Shown: piece after piece, positions 39,701 to 49,962 of the stretch
How the letters are laid out: every line of letters begins with the position of its first letter
Position numbering within the stretch: the first letter of the stretch is position 1
Assembly: GCA_036918135.1 (NCBI GenBank)
Contig: JBALDB010000056.1
Span: 1-64,000 of the forward strand
Source: Nostoc sp.
Lineage (GTDB): Bacteria > Cyanobacteriota > Cyanobacteriia > Cyanobacteriales > Nostocaceae
Length of the DNA: 64,000 bases
Direction of reading: 5' to 3'
The notes under the pieces: generated by a model
What the model was told of the DNA's origin: nothing
Seen by the model: only the letters and a program-made list of their open reading frames with translations
Database searches by the model: none
Made by a program: the position numbers and the translations under genes

Positions 39701-42367
39701 GCTGATATCTGTAAACACGCAATCCAAACAAGATTCTTCGGAATTAAGGCGCAATGATAATAATAGCCAAACCACAGAGCCATCAGGGCGACGCACTGCT
39801 AATTCATAATTGCATACTTCGCCGTACTCTTGTATCTGTTTTAAAATCACTGCGCGTTCGCTGGGATTGAGATAAAAATCAGTTATCAGATAGTTACCAA
39901 TTAAATCAGAAGCACAGGCAAAACCGACGATATATGCGCCACGATCGTTAGCATCAAGAATTAATCCATCTTCTGGACGGGTGCGGAAAATCCCTACTTG
40001 GGAATTTTCAAAGATGTTGCGGTACTTCATTTCACTACGACGCAAGGCTTCTTCTGCTTGTTTGCGTTCTGTGATGTCCCGTCCCACACCTGCGATCGCA
40101 ATTTCACCACTGGGAGTAATAATTGTTGAAGTATTAAAGTTGAACCATCGCCAACTGTCGTCTTTGTGTCGCAATTGCACTTCAATATCAGTCAGCTTGT
40201 CGCCAGTTATAGCCCTTTGTAAGACGGCGGCGTTAGTTGCTAAATCTTCAGGTTTGGTAAAGTCTACCATCGAATGACCTTCAATTTCCGCCAAACTGTA
40301 ACCCAGAATTGCAGTCACATTCGGCGAGTGATAGGTAAAAATTCCCTCTGGCGAGAGGACAAATATCAAATCACTGGCATTTTCAACAATGCTGCGGAAT
40401 TTTAACTCATTTTCTTGCAGAGCTGCTTGGACGCGTTTGCGTTCTGTGGCATCAGTGCCCACTGAAAGAATTTCGATTAAGTTTCCTTGTTCGTCTAAAA
40501 TGGGTTTATTTGCCCAAACTATCCAAACGCGATCGCCATTTTTGCATAAGTTCTCGTTTTCATTAAATAGATAGTTTTCTGGGTGCAGGCAAATATCCAC
40601 CATTAACGTCTGTAAGTCGCGTCCAGAAGTTTCGGTTTCTGGAACAATTGTGCCGACAACATTACTTCCTGTAATCTCATCTAAATCGAAACCAAACAGC
40701 GTTTGACCATAATCATTTAAAAATACAATGTCACCATTGCTGTCCCAACGCAGAATGATGCAATTAGCTGTCTGCACTAAATCGCGGTACTGTGCTTCGC
40801 TTTGGCGTAAGGCTTCCTGAGTGCGTTTGCGAAGGCTAATATCCCGCACTATTGCTAAAATGTGTCGCTTGCCATTATAAATGCAGGTCGTTGCTTTAAC
40901 TTCTACATCGATTAAAGTGCCATCTTTGCAGACATCAACTGCTTGTCCGTAAAATTCCTCACTAGCTCGCGTTTTCTCAATATACTCATGGAAAACAGAA
41001 TCTGAATCGGGGTGAATGTAAGCAGATGGATGCAAAGTCATAAATTCTTCGTAGGTATAACCGTGCATCTGACAAGCAGCAGGATTCACTTCCACGACTG
41101 TTTGAGTTTCTATTTCAGTAATAAATAGTCCATCATTGATAGCTTCAAAAACACTGCGGTATTGCAATTCACTTTGTCGCAATGCTTCTTCTGCCTTTTG
41201 GCGTTGGGTGACATCGCGGAAGCACCACAATCTACCAATAATCTGTTCGCCAACGCGCTGAGGACAGGAGTAGCGCTCAAATATTCTGCCATCGCGCATT
41301 TCTAAGCAGTCGTAACTAACTACTTCCGGCTGTTGGTATAATTCTCGCACACGTTGCAAAAACTCATCGGGGTCTTTTAGTTGGTTTGCTAAATGCGCTA
41401 GTCGCCGACGATGACTTGGTTCCATTAAAAGTTCTGGTGGAATTGACCACATTTCTAAGAACTTTTGGTTATAACTAGTGATATTACCGGAGCTATTTAC
41501 TACTAAGATACCGTCTTGAATTGATTCTAAAATAGCGTTTAATAAAGATAAAGAATTTTCTAGAGCTAGTTGGGTTTGTTTGCGTTGGCTAATATCGCGC
41601 CCCAAAACAAGCATTGCCTTGCGTCTACCATCCTGATGAAACAGAGGAGCTTTAATCATATCTAAACTGCTCGTTGTGCCATCAGGTCGGGGAACAACTT
41701 CTTCTACCCGATGCACAGCTCCCAACTGCCAAGATTGTTCATCTGTTTCGCTGCAATTGAGCAAGGCATCGTGATAAAAATTGCTAAATTCTGCCAGTTC
41801 TGAGTCGGTTTTGCCTCGATAATCAACCTCTTGTAGTTCTAAAAATTCTAAGTTAGCTTGGTTTGACAGCAACCATTTTCCCTCGCCGTCTTTTAAACAG
41901 ATAATATCGGGTGTTGCGTTAATTAATGTGTGTAACCGCTCCTCAATCTCTTGCAAGGATTCTTGAGCTTGTTTCGTCTCGGTGATATCCTGAATCACCA
42001 GTATTGCAAATTTCTCATCAGTCAATCCGATACAGTTACCGGAAATTTGTAACGTTAAAGTGCGATCGCCCTGCTGCAACTGATAATTTGTTGTTTCATA
42101 CTCTCCATTAAGTAACCGTACATGCGGATAGCAGGATAAAGCAACTAATTGTCCAGCCTGTGTTAAGGGTAGCAATTCAGTTAACATCAAGCCGCAGACA
42201 GTACCGTGGGCTTGGTTAACCAGAAATTCAAAGCTAGAATTGCACCATTGAATGCTTTGGTCTTCGCCCACCCAGACTACAGCATCAGCGATCGCATCCA
42301 GTGTAACTTCCATTTTGTTCAACGTGGCTTGCAATTGCTTTACCTGCTCTAGCTGTTGTGTAATCAT
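36764..42367 (-). CDS. Large multi-PAS/GAF hybrid histidine kinase with receiver
   Basis: About 8 PAS repeats (RDIS/T-xRK ends), 2 GAF, MSHELRTPLN, GTGLGL, WMDMRMP. Likely start MITQQ at 42367; ORF extends to 42418. Confidence 0.92.
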   Translation of the reverse strand: MITQQLEQVKQLQATLNKMEVTLDAIADAVVWVGEDQSIQWCNSSFEFLVNQAHGTVCGLMLTELLPLTQAGQLVALSCYPHVRLLNGEYETTNYQLQQGDRTLTLQISGNCIGLTDEKFAILVIQDITETKQAQESLQEIEERLHTLINATPDIICLKDGEGKWLLSNQANLEFLELQEVDYRGKTDSELAEFSNFYHDALLNCSETDEQSWQLGAVHRVEEVVPRPDGTTSSLDMIKAPLFHQDGRRKAMLVLGRDISQRKQTQLALENSLSLLNAILESIQDGILVVNSSGNITSYNQKFLEMWSIPPELLMEPSHRRRLAHLANQLKDPDEFLQRVRELYQQPEVVSYDCLEMRDGRIFERYSCPQRVGEQIIGRLWCFRDVTQRQKAEEALRQSELQYRSVFEAINDGLFITEIETQTVVEVNPAACQMHGYTYEEFMTLHPSAYIHPDSDSVFHEYIEKTRASEEFYGQAVDVCKDGTLIDVEVKATTCIYNGKRHILAIVRDISLRKRTQEALRQSEAQYRDLVQTANCIILRWDSNGDIVFLNDYGQTLFGFDLDEITGSNVVGTIVPETETSGRDLQTLMVDICLHPENYLFNENENLCKNGDRVWIVWANKPILDEQGNLIEILSVGTDATERKRVQAALQENELKFRSIVENASDLIFVLSPEGIFTYHSPNVTAILGYSLAEIEGHSMVDFTKPEDLATNAAVLQRAITGDKLTDIEVQLRHKDDSWRWFNFNTSTIITPSGEIAIAGVGRDITERKQAEEALRRSEMKYRNIFENSQVGIFRTRPEDGLILDANDRGAYIVGFACASDLIGNYLITDFYLNPSERAVILKQIQEYGEVCNYELAVRRPDGSVVWLLLSLRLNSEESCLDCVFTDISDRKRQEQALNLILEGTAAKTGNEFFNSCVRYLAEVLQVEYALVTEFNGESKTSVRTLAFWYSGGICNNLEYDLRGTPCEHALQGNMCHYSQAVQATFPEDADLVNMNAESFFGVPLTSSSGDIIGHLAVIDVKPMKPDPGRELIVRIFAARAGAELERLQAEAALQESELKFRTIVEKVNDVLFVLNPDGVFNYISPNILKTTGFAPSEMEGNSLASFTHADDVPKCLEVAQTILTTGEGISGTEYRAKHRTKGWVWLTSNAVRTQDAQGNFQIVGVARDISDRKLAEAALQRRTQAETLLSSISRQFIDQDLATAINFTLKAIAQFIDAEHSCIFKCSNDRSEFYLIHEWCAGGVTPLIDIARGSPVEVFPYFYEPILVGGHRQISCVQDLPPDLPERQMFESMSFQSILAVPMLHAGTVVGFVGTAMIHRSKTWNQEDINLLKLVGEIIAIGQARHQAEEALRIAKEAAETASRAKSAFLANMSHELRTPLNAILGFSQLMERDTSLNSNQRESLATINRSGEHLLNLINDVLEMSKIEAGQIIFNPEDFDLYLLLQTIQEMFQVRTQAKQLFLKFEMSPDLPRYVQTDEGKLRQVLINLLGNAVKFTQTGGVTLRVRMATGDWELGTGDKEINGQNDKTTTGTTNLESPVPNHHLPIPSPQSLIFEIEDTGRGIAQEEMDNLFQPFVQTTSGIQTKEGTGLGLTISRQFVRLLGGDIHISSTVGQGSIFSFDMQVNLVAALKATPKLSRGRVIQLAANQPAYRILVVDDRKENRDLIVQLLGSIGFEIQAANNGQEAIAIWQNWQPHLIWMDMRMPVMNGYDATKEIRARERNTDVNHRSVIIALTASAFEEQQASILAAGCDDLVRKPFREQVIFEKIAEYLQVDYIYAQQSSENTTDKKPDNLPFAIFDVHSAIEVMPGEWIAELNQAAVEVDGERISQLIAQIEPTQSQLAEELANLVRNFCFDEIIELTED
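37704..37836. repeat. In-frame STRR insertion in the kinase HATPase domain
   Basis: Opposed (GGGGACT)n and (AGTCCCC)n heptamers encoding TGDWELGTGD...SPVPNHHLPIPSPQS. Confidence 0.8.
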
Positions 42368-43524
42368 CAACGACTCCTGTGAAAATAATTCGTAATACTC
42401 GCCAATGGCGAGAAGCAAGCTATGTGTTTTTCGTAATCTTTACAAATTAAGTACTGTACAAGTTAACAATCATGTGATATCAAAGACATTAATAAATCTG
42501 TATAGTAGATTGTATCGTTACTCCATCACTGGAATATTCGACTACAGTAAAACTACATATTCCCTTCAGATTTTACGGAAATGACACTAGCTTTTAATAA
42601 GTAACTGGGTAGGAAAACTTATCGTTGAGAGAAGGCAGAAGGGAAGAAACCTTTTTTATACTTGGTTGTAGGATTTTCTTGTGCTTGACTGACTTGTAAG
42701 TGGGAGTAGAAAGTGGGGAAAAGACCAGTTTTATGCTTGGTGATGTACGAAGTTCATCGGGACTGCCTCATCTGAGCAAATCGCGTTAGCTCCCTAAGTG
42801 AACTATATGAAGCTTTTATGAAGTTGATAGTTGCTTGTCCAGAAAAGTCTTCAAGTTCAAACATAAAATTCTCTTATGTATTTTTGAAGGCAATTCAATA
42901 TCATAAATTTATTTTTAGTACAAACAAAAATTACTTTTTTGGCAAAAATAGCAAGCATTTTAATTAAAAAGCCAACTAAGTTTCCCAAGATATCATTTTT
43001 CAATAATATCCAGAAATATATCTGACAAAAGATTAAATTAAAGTTTATGTTTTTGTAGTCAAGTATTAGCTTTACATTAATCTGTATTTTGAAGCTTTGG
43101 TAAATATATTGATGTATTCGGAGTTATTGATAAATAATTAATAAAAAAAAATTATATTTAATACAACACTTTACTTTACTTAGTCTGAATTGAAGAAATA
43201 TTTTCCAGATATTTATTCAAAAATATTTGGGCAATTTTCAACATAAATAAATGAAATCATGGCGGTTTTCATCACTATTTAGATTTAGATGATTATTGAT
43301 GATATTGTCTGATTTTTTCAATATTCTTATAGCAGCGATCCCAAGGTTAATGCACAAAAGTGAGAACTCGTAAGGCTTCTGGAAAAAGTTTTACTCTCCT
43401 GACAGTATTCATACCTTTATCAATTTATTAAATTTAAATTGTATAAATCAAATTCTAGTGTTGTTACCTAAATAAATATTGCATTCAATAATGTTGAAAA
43501 AAACTCAAGTATTTTTTAAAAATT

Positions 43525-44826
43525 ATGACTGTAACAACCCATGCTCAAATTTGTATTCTAGGTGGTGGATTTGCTGGAATATACACTGCCTTGCATCTAG
43601 ATAAATTGTTTTGTAAGGGATCGGCCAAACCCAAGATTATTCTGATAGATCGAAACGAGCGTTTTCTGTTTACACCCTTTCTATATGAGTTGATCGCTCA
43701 AGAACTGATGCCGTGGGAAATAGCACCTGCCTATCTCAAGTTGTTGCGAGGAACTAATATTAGGTTCTGTAGAGGTACAGTCCAGCAAATCGATCTCAAC
43801 AATTGCCAAGTGCAAATGCGAGATGGGCAAGTTTTGACCTACGATCGCCTTGTTTTGGCAGTTGGCAGAGAAACCTCATTAGAAAAAATTCCTGGTGCTG
43901 CTAAATATGCCTTTTCCTTTCGGACATTAGATGATGCCGAACGGCTAGATGAATATTTGCGATCGCTAGAAGTTTCGGATCGGCAAATTATCCGCATAGC
44001 GATCGCGGGTGGCGGTTCAAGTGGTGTAGAGTTAGCAGGTAAACTAAGCGATCGTTTGCAGGATCGAGGCCGCATTTACCTGATTGAACGAGGGGAAAAA
44101 CTTTTAAAGTCTTTCACAACCTTTAGCCAGAGAACAGCCTATCAGGTCTTAGCCAAGCGTGGCGTCAGAATTCACTTAAAAACCAACATTCTATCTATTA
44201 CTTCTGACTCGATTATTTTGGAACATCAAGGTCAGGAGAAAAACCTTCCAGTGGACTTGGTACTTTCAACTACAGGAACTTGCGTTAACCGTTCATTGCA
44301 GTATCTCAATCATCCCCAGAATCTTCAAGGGCAACTGCTGACTCGTTCCACACTACAACTTATAAATCGTCCAGAAGTCTTTGCCTTGGGAGATTTAGCT
44401 GATATCCGCGATCGACACGGCAAACAAATTCCATCTACAGCCCAGGCTGCTTATCAGCAAGCAAGTTGTGCAGCTTATAATCTCCGGGCGTCTCTAGCAA
44501 AGCAATCCCTACGACACTTTCATTATTTACATCTGGGAGAAATGCTCACTTTAGGCACAAATACAGCGATCGTTTCTAGCCTTGGTTTCATCAATTTCAA
44601 AGGACATTTAGGTCATGTGATTCGCCGATTAGTTTATCTGTTGCTGCGAATGCCAACCTTCAAGCATCGCATTCAAGTCGGCAAGCATTGGCTAGCCAAA
44701 TTATTGTCTAGTAGTACCCACGGAAGAACTAATAATCGCCCTTACTCAGCTAACTATACTAACCACGACTCAAAATTTAAAACCAGAGTTGAGTTAAACG
44801 GTAAAAGCAAAACACCTAAATCATAA
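43525..44826 (+). CDS. Type-2 NADH:quinone oxidoreductase, NdbB-like
   Basis: GGGFAG and GGGSSGVE dinucleotide motifs, ALGD, TAQAAYQQA, LGEMLTLG. Confidence 0.9.
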   Translation: MTVTTHAQICILGGGFAGIYTALHLDKLFCKGSAKPKIILIDRNERFLFTPFLYELIAQELMPWEIAPAYLKLLRGTNIRFCRGTVQQIDLNNCQVQMRDGQVLTYDRLVLAVGRETSLEKIPGAAKYAFSFRTLDDAERLDEYLRSLEVSDRQIIRIAIAGGGSSGVELAGKLSDRLQDRGRIYLIERGEKLLKSFTTFSQRTAYQVLAKRGVRIHLKTNILSITSDSIILEHQGQEKNLPVDLVLSTTGTCVNRSLQYLNHPQNLQGQLLTRSTLQLINRPEVFALGDLADIRDRHGKQIPSTAQAAYQQASCAAYNLRASLAKQSLRHFHYLHLGEMLTLGTNTAIVSSLGFINFKGHLGHVIRRLVYLLLRMPTFKHRIQVGKHWLAKLLSSSTHGRTNNRPYSANYTNHDSKFKTRVELNGKSKTPKS

Positions 44827-44846
44827 GCAGTTAAGGTAGCAATCTC

Positions 44847-46811
44847 ATGATCTCCAACGCATCTTTAAAAGCACAAATAAAGAGCCTGTATCAAGATAAG
44901 AAAATTATCTTTCTTCATGCCTCATTTGCTATTATATGGTCGATAGCTATTTGGCTAATGTATCTCATATTTCCCAATCAGATAGGAACTCGCATCCAAC
45001 TTTCAAGAATCATCCTCATTGGTATTTTCATTCAACTCTTCGTTTTGGGATTCCAAAAACGCAGCTATTTACTAAAAACCATTCGGGAATTCTTTAGCGG
45101 AAAAACATATCCGATAAATTTGGCTATATTTCGGATATTTCTGTTTGGAACTATATTAGTGTTAGTCATTAATAATTTTTCTCACATTGTATGGTTAAGC
45201 CAATTCCCGAAAGAATTGTTTGTTTTTCCCTTCGGTGCAAAGTGGCTATTTCCTCTAATTCCCATAAATGGAACGCTAGCTCAGATAAGTTGTTGGCTGT
45301 TAATTATTTGTTCGTTTACAGCCATGATTGGGCTTTTTACCCGTAGTTCAGCATGGCTGACTGTAATTCTCGGTTTCTACGCTCTGGGTATTCCTCAGTC
45401 TTTTGGTAAAGTCGATCACTACCATCACTTATTATGGTTTGCTGCCATTTTAGGCGTTAGTCGATGTGCCGATATCTTATCATTGGATGCTATTTTTATG
45501 GCTTGGAAACGAGCCGATCGCGGTCAAGTAGAACCTCCTGGTCTTTCTCAAATCTATGCCTTACCATTACGTTTCACTTGGCTGTTATTTGACGTTATTT
45601 ACTTTTTTCCAGGACTGTATAAAGTATGGATTCCTGGTTTCGATTGGGTATTTACTGATAATTTAAAGTATCAAATATTTTTTAAATGGCTTGAGTGGAA
45701 TGAAATAGATGGCTGGAACCCGCTGTTCAGATTAGATGGATATCCAGTCTTATATCGTTCGGCAGCTATTGGCTCAATTTGTTTTGAGTTAGCTTTTGTG
45801 GTTCTAGTATTCTTCCCTATAACTCGCTATCTAGCAGCTTTTGGAGGACTGCTTTTGCATAATATGATTGGTATGGTAATGCATATCCACTTCTTACTTC
45901 TCCAAACTTGCTATGTGGTATTTTTTGAGTGGAATGCTATTTTTTATTGGATTGGGAATCGGCTTTTTCCTACCGAGATGTATGTTGTATATGACGGCAA
46001 TTGTAAGCTCTGCCGTCGGACAATTGCAACTTTAAAAGTGTTTGATATTTTTGGTCGATTAAAATTTGTCAACGCGCTGGATAATGAAGACCTTAAGACC
46101 CACAATCTTCTCTGGCTAGACAAACAGGCGCTATTAGCTGATATGCACGCAGTTCTTCAAAGAAAATCCTGGAAGGGTTTCCAAGCATACCGAGTTTTAG
46201 CAGCACGAATTCCCATTTTTTGGACAATTTTACCTTTACTATATGTTTGGCCTATACCAGATATTGGTAATCGTATTTATCGGCGCGTTGCTGATTCTCG
46301 TACTTGTAGTCGGCCTGAAGCTGAAATTCCTAAGACTCAAAAACGAAATTATCAACTCCCAAATTCTTCCCAGGCACTTGTAGTCATAGCTGTTGCATTG
46401 CTTATCGGGAATATCCTACTGGGTTTAATACAAAAAAGGTGGGCTTGGCCTCTGGCTTGCTATCCAACGTTTTCAGAGATAATAGGCCCCCAAGTAGAAA
46501 CTATCCAAATTGTGCCTCTAAATGCAGCAGGTGCGCCTTTCAATTTGGAACTAAAAGACTTCAAGCAAAAAATGGGTCCAACAAAGTTTAAAGCGTTGGT
46601 TGACGATATTTTTGCATCAAAGGAAAAGAAAAAAGATGTAATCTCTCAAGAGCAAAGGGTCAGTTCTCTTTGGCAACTAATTAGCGATAATCATCCCAAC
46701 CTCCCTCAAGCTAAATCAGTTCAATTTTTTAAAAATACACTATGGAACGATCCCCAAAAACTATCGGAGAATCCGATAGATAGTTCGCTAATTTATGAAC
46801 TTAAATTGTAG
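44847..46811 (+). CDS. HTTM/vitamin K-dependent carboxylase-like membrane protein fused to a DCC (DUF393) thiol-disulfide domain
   Basis: LAIFRI, IGLFTR, KVDHYHH, SLDA, IYFFPGLYKV...W, FELAF, LLH...IHF; YDGNCKLC followed by IYRRVADSR. Confidence 0.8.
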   Translation: MISNASLKAQIKSLYQDKKIIFLHASFAIIWSIAIWLMYLIFPNQIGTRIQLSRIILIGIFIQLFVLGFQKRSYLLKTIREFFSGKTYPINLAIFRIFLFGTILVLVINNFSHIVWLSQFPKELFVFPFGAKWLFPLIPINGTLAQISCWLLIICSFTAMIGLFTRSSAWLTVILGFYALGIPQSFGKVDHYHHLLWFAAILGVSRCADILSLDAIFMAWKRADRGQVEPPGLSQIYALPLRFTWLLFDVIYFFPGLYKVWIPGFDWVFTDNLKYQIFFKWLEWNEIDGWNPLFRLDGYPVLYRSAAIGSICFELAFVVLVFFPITRYLAAFGGLLLHNMIGMVMHIHFLLLQTCYVVFFEWNAIFYWIGNRLFPTEMYVVYDGNCKLCRRTIATLKVFDIFGRLKFVNALDNEDLKTHNLLWLDKQALLADMHAVLQRKSWKGFQAYRVLAARIPIFWTILPLLYVWPIPDIGNRIYRRVADSRTCSRPEAEIPKTQKRNYQLPNSSQALVVIAVALLIGNILLGLIQKRWAWPLACYPTFSEIIGPQVETIQIVPLNAAGAPFNLELKDFKQKMGPTKFKALVDDIFASKEKKKDVISQEQRVSSLWQLISDNHPNLPQAKSVQFFKNTLWNDPQKLSENPIDSSLIYELKL

Positions 46812-46910
46812 AGCCAAAAGCATATCAATTAGGGTATTCATTCTTGTGGGGTGGGCAAGATGCGTGCCCTATAGACTATGTAGGCAATATCTCCACTCCA
46901 CAGTAGTAAT

Positions 46911-49253
46911 TTATTTCTTGGAGTTCTCTAACAAATTATGCCCAACAGCGACTTGATATAAAGATTGAATTGTTAATCCATCACTGGGGTATTGGACTAC
47001 AGCAAAATTACATGTTACCTGAAAGCGATCGCCATCGAATGCTGTGAATATTTGCTGGCGTAAAGTAGTTAAAATCTCGCTCAGGCGATGGTTGATTTCT
47101 GGTTTTGTTAACCCAGAAATTCCCACTACAAAATCTCCGTTACCCCAATAACCTAGCACTTCACCACTACAAAATTCTGATTGGAATAAACGACTCCATC
47201 TTTGTAATACTTGGTTACCAGCTTCATGACCATACTTAATATTAATTTGACGCAAATCATTCACGCTCAAAATCGCCAAACAAACAGATTGCTGATTTTT
47301 CTCGGCTTGAGTAATCAAATGTTCCAAGTTGCGGCGAGACTGAAACTGATTTGCCAGTCCAGTTAGGGAATCTTTGGTAGAAAGGGACTGAAGTAAACGA
47401 CTGCGTTCTAGGCGATGGGTAATGCGTGCTAACAATTCTGCGCCAACAACAGGTTTAATCACATAATCATCTCCGCCAACAGCAAACACTTGCTGGACAA
47501 TTTTGATTTCTCGATGAGCAGTGAGAAAGACAATCGGTAATTCTTGCCATTGAGGATCGGTACGAACTGCTTGACAAAGTTCGATACCATTGATTTGGGG
47601 CATGTCCACATCTAAAATCAACAAATCCGGTGTAGTAGATTGCAGTACCTCCCAAAAACGTAAGGGATTGTCCAATGCTGTCATCCGCATACCCCAAGGT
47701 TCTAACATTGGGCGCAGTGCTGCTAAAATTAGAGGATCGTCATCTACTACCAATACGTTTATCCGCAAAGAACGAGTACGCTGTAATAGTTGCGACGAAA
47801 CATCCCACACCTGAGCAGCTGTTACAGGTTGGGCTAGAAAACCCCGTGCCCCGCACTGAGCAAAAGTTACGCGTTCTACTAACTCATCAGTCTCAGCCAG
47901 CACCAGCACGGGTACGGGTGGGGTACGCGTCGCTAATTCGGACAGCAGTGCTAAACTTTCTTGCCGCCACCCTACCTCCATAACATTTAGTACTACTAAA
48001 TCTGGGGATATAGTTTGGAGAAAGTTTTTTGCATCCTCTAAGTTAGTTATTTGCTGCCAACACATTCCCATGCATTCAACAAGTTGTTGCAACTGAGAAC
48101 CTAATTGAGGATTGGGGTCAATTAATATTAATTGGCTACAAATTTCTGGGGCGATCGCACTAGTAGTTTGATTATCTACCTTTTGCCCCATCTGATTGAT
48201 TAATTTACTCAAATCTTCAATCAATGACAGCAATTGCCGCTTTTGACTTGAAGATAAATCGCCATCTTTGCCTAAAATCTGTTCAATTTCCCGCGCTATT
48301 TGAGTGCCATTGTCTTGTTCAAACATGCCCAAGACACCAGCTAGTTTGTGCGCCTCTCGTTCTGCGGATTTGCGTAACTCCTGAGTCAGGGTTTTATTAG
48401 AAAGTGCTGCTGCTAATTCTTCCAGCACCGCTAATCGCTGCACCATCAACCCTTCATATTGCTTCCACAAGCCACCCATTGCTTCCTGAAATTGCTCCTC
48501 TACATGAAGACTTGGGATTTGCGATTTTTCTTTTTCCCCCTGCTCCCTGCTAAGAGCTCCCTTGCCTTTATCCACAGCAGGATTCAGCCGATATCCCAAG
48601 CCATAAACGTTTTCAATCCAGTCTACTGCTCCGGCGGCTTTCAACTTTTGTCTTAAATATTTGATATGTGATTTTACAGTCTCTTCCTGAGGTGGATCGT
48701 CAAAAGTCCACAAATGCTCAATGATATCTCCGCGACTAAAAACACGCGATGGATTCCTTAGAAATAGCTCCACCAAACTGTATTCTTTAGCGGTTAATTC
48801 TAATAGTTTGTTGTTATAGGTGACTTCGCAACTACTGGGATCTAGTCGGAGTCCGCCTACTTCTAGTATCGGGGTAACAGGGCGATCGCCGCGACGTAGC
48901 AGCGCCCGTATCCTTGCTTGCAGTTCTCCCAAGTCCAAAGGTTTGATCAGATAATCATCTGCACCTGCATCAAGTCCCTGAATCCGCTCTTTAGTACCAT
49001 CTTTCGCAGTCATCAACAGAATCGGAGTGAAACACCCACCAGTACGTAATCGCTGACACAATGTAATCCCGTCTAGTTTCGGCAATCCTACATCTATCAG
49101 CAGCAGGTCGTAGCTGGCATTTTGAGTGTATTCCCAGCCCATTTGTCCATCTTGTGCTATATCAACAACATAGTGTTGTTTAGCAAGAGATTTCAACAAG
49201 ACACTTGCTAAAACTTCTTCATCTTCAATTAGCAAGATTCTCATCGCACCCAT
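46911..49253 (-). CDS. Multidomain response regulator REC-wHTH-Hpt-REC-REC-GGDEF (degenerate)
   Basis: OmpR-type N-terminus, AHKLAG Hpt motif, two more receivers, DSLTGLAN with GNGDF instead of GGDEF. Confidence 0.9.
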   Translation of the reverse strand: MGAMRILLIEDEEVLASVLLKSLAKQHYVVDIAQDGQMGWEYTQNASYDLLLIDVGLPKLDGITLCQRLRTGGCFTPILLMTAKDGTKERIQGLDAGADDYLIKPLDLGELQARIRALLRRGDRPVTPILEVGGLRLDPSSCEVTYNNKLLELTAKEYSLVELFLRNPSRVFSRGDIIEHLWTFDDPPQEETVKSHIKYLRQKLKAAGAVDWIENVYGLGYRLNPAVDKGKGALSREQGEKEKSQIPSLHVEEQFQEAMGGLWKQYEGLMVQRLAVLEELAAALSNKTLTQELRKSAEREAHKLAGVLGMFEQDNGTQIAREIEQILGKDGDLSSSQKRQLLSLIEDLSKLINQMGQKVDNQTTSAIAPEICSQLILIDPNPQLGSQLQQLVECMGMCWQQITNLEDAKNFLQTISPDLVVLNVMEVGWRQESLALLSELATRTPPVPVLVLAETDELVERVTFAQCGARGFLAQPVTAAQVWDVSSQLLQRTRSLRINVLVVDDDPLILAALRPMLEPWGMRMTALDNPLRFWEVLQSTTPDLLILDVDMPQINGIELCQAVRTDPQWQELPIVFLTAHREIKIVQQVFAVGGDDYVIKPVVGAELLARITHRLERSRLLQSLSTKDSLTGLANQFQSRRNLEHLITQAEKNQQSVCLAILSVNDLRQINIKYGHEAGNQVLQRWSRLFQSEFCSGEVLGYWGNGDFVVGISGLTKPEINHRLSEILTTLRQQIFTAFDGDRFQVTCNFAVVQYPSDGLTIQSLYQVAVGHNLLENSKK

Positions 49254-49356
49254 CCAATATATAACTTGCTACCTTCCCCAAAAAAAATAGTAGACTAAAT
49301 AGTTAATTTTCTACATGAAAAAAATATAAATAAATAATCTCTTCAACATGTATCAT

Positions 49357-49962
49357 TTATGTTTGCAACTCTTCTGAAGGTTGGGCAATGAATCCGGTTT
49401 TCACTCCACGCTTGAATCCTGCGCGTTCATAGAAGTGCAACGTTTCCTCACTTTTTGAGCTAGTTAAAAGCATGACTTTGTAACACTGTTGTTGCCATGC
49501 TAAATCCAAGGCATAATGCAACACTCGCGTAGCAAATCCCTGTCGTCGATAATATGAGTGGGTAACAACATTTTCAATAATACCGTATGGACGTGCGCCG
49601 CGTGTCAAGTTGGGAACAATGGTTAAGTTACATGTAGCAACTAACTCGCCACCAATGTCGGCAACTATGTAATACAAATGTGGATTGTCGAGAATTTTAT
49701 TCCAGATGGACTGTAATACGTCGTTAGCAGGTAGAGGTGCATCAACGGGATTGAGATGTTGATACAACGCTAGAAGTTGAGGAAGTTCGTCGCGTGCAAT
49801 TAGGCGAACGGTAATTAGGGGTTTAGACAAAGCTGTATCGTTTTGGATTTTGGATGATGAATCGCCTTGTGTGTCCGGTTTGGTGGGAGTAAATCTGTGA
49901 GAATCATTTTTCAAATTGGCGTAATTATCGCAGAAAGTCTGTTTGAGAATTTGCCTGTTCAC
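49357..49962 (-). CDS. GNAT family N-acetyltransferase
   Basis: IENVVT...RRQGFA, CYKVML, FYERAGF. Confidence 0.88.
   Translation of the reverse strand: MNRQILKQTFCDNYANLKNDSHRFTPTKPDTQGDSSSKIQNDTALSKPLITVRLIARDELPQLLALYQHLNPVDAPLPANDVLQSIWNKILDNPHLYYIVADIGGELVATCNLTIVPNLTRGARPYGIIENVVTHSYYRRQGFATRVLHYALDLAWQQQCYKVMLLTSSKSEETLHFYERAGFKRGVKTGFIAQPSEELQT

Noticed and set aside
42419..43524. Hidden gene or ncRNA in the 1.1-kb intergenic region
   Set aside because: Very AT-rich, no ORF of 60 aa or more and no recognisable structured RNA; only a degenerate MITE near 42598-42697.
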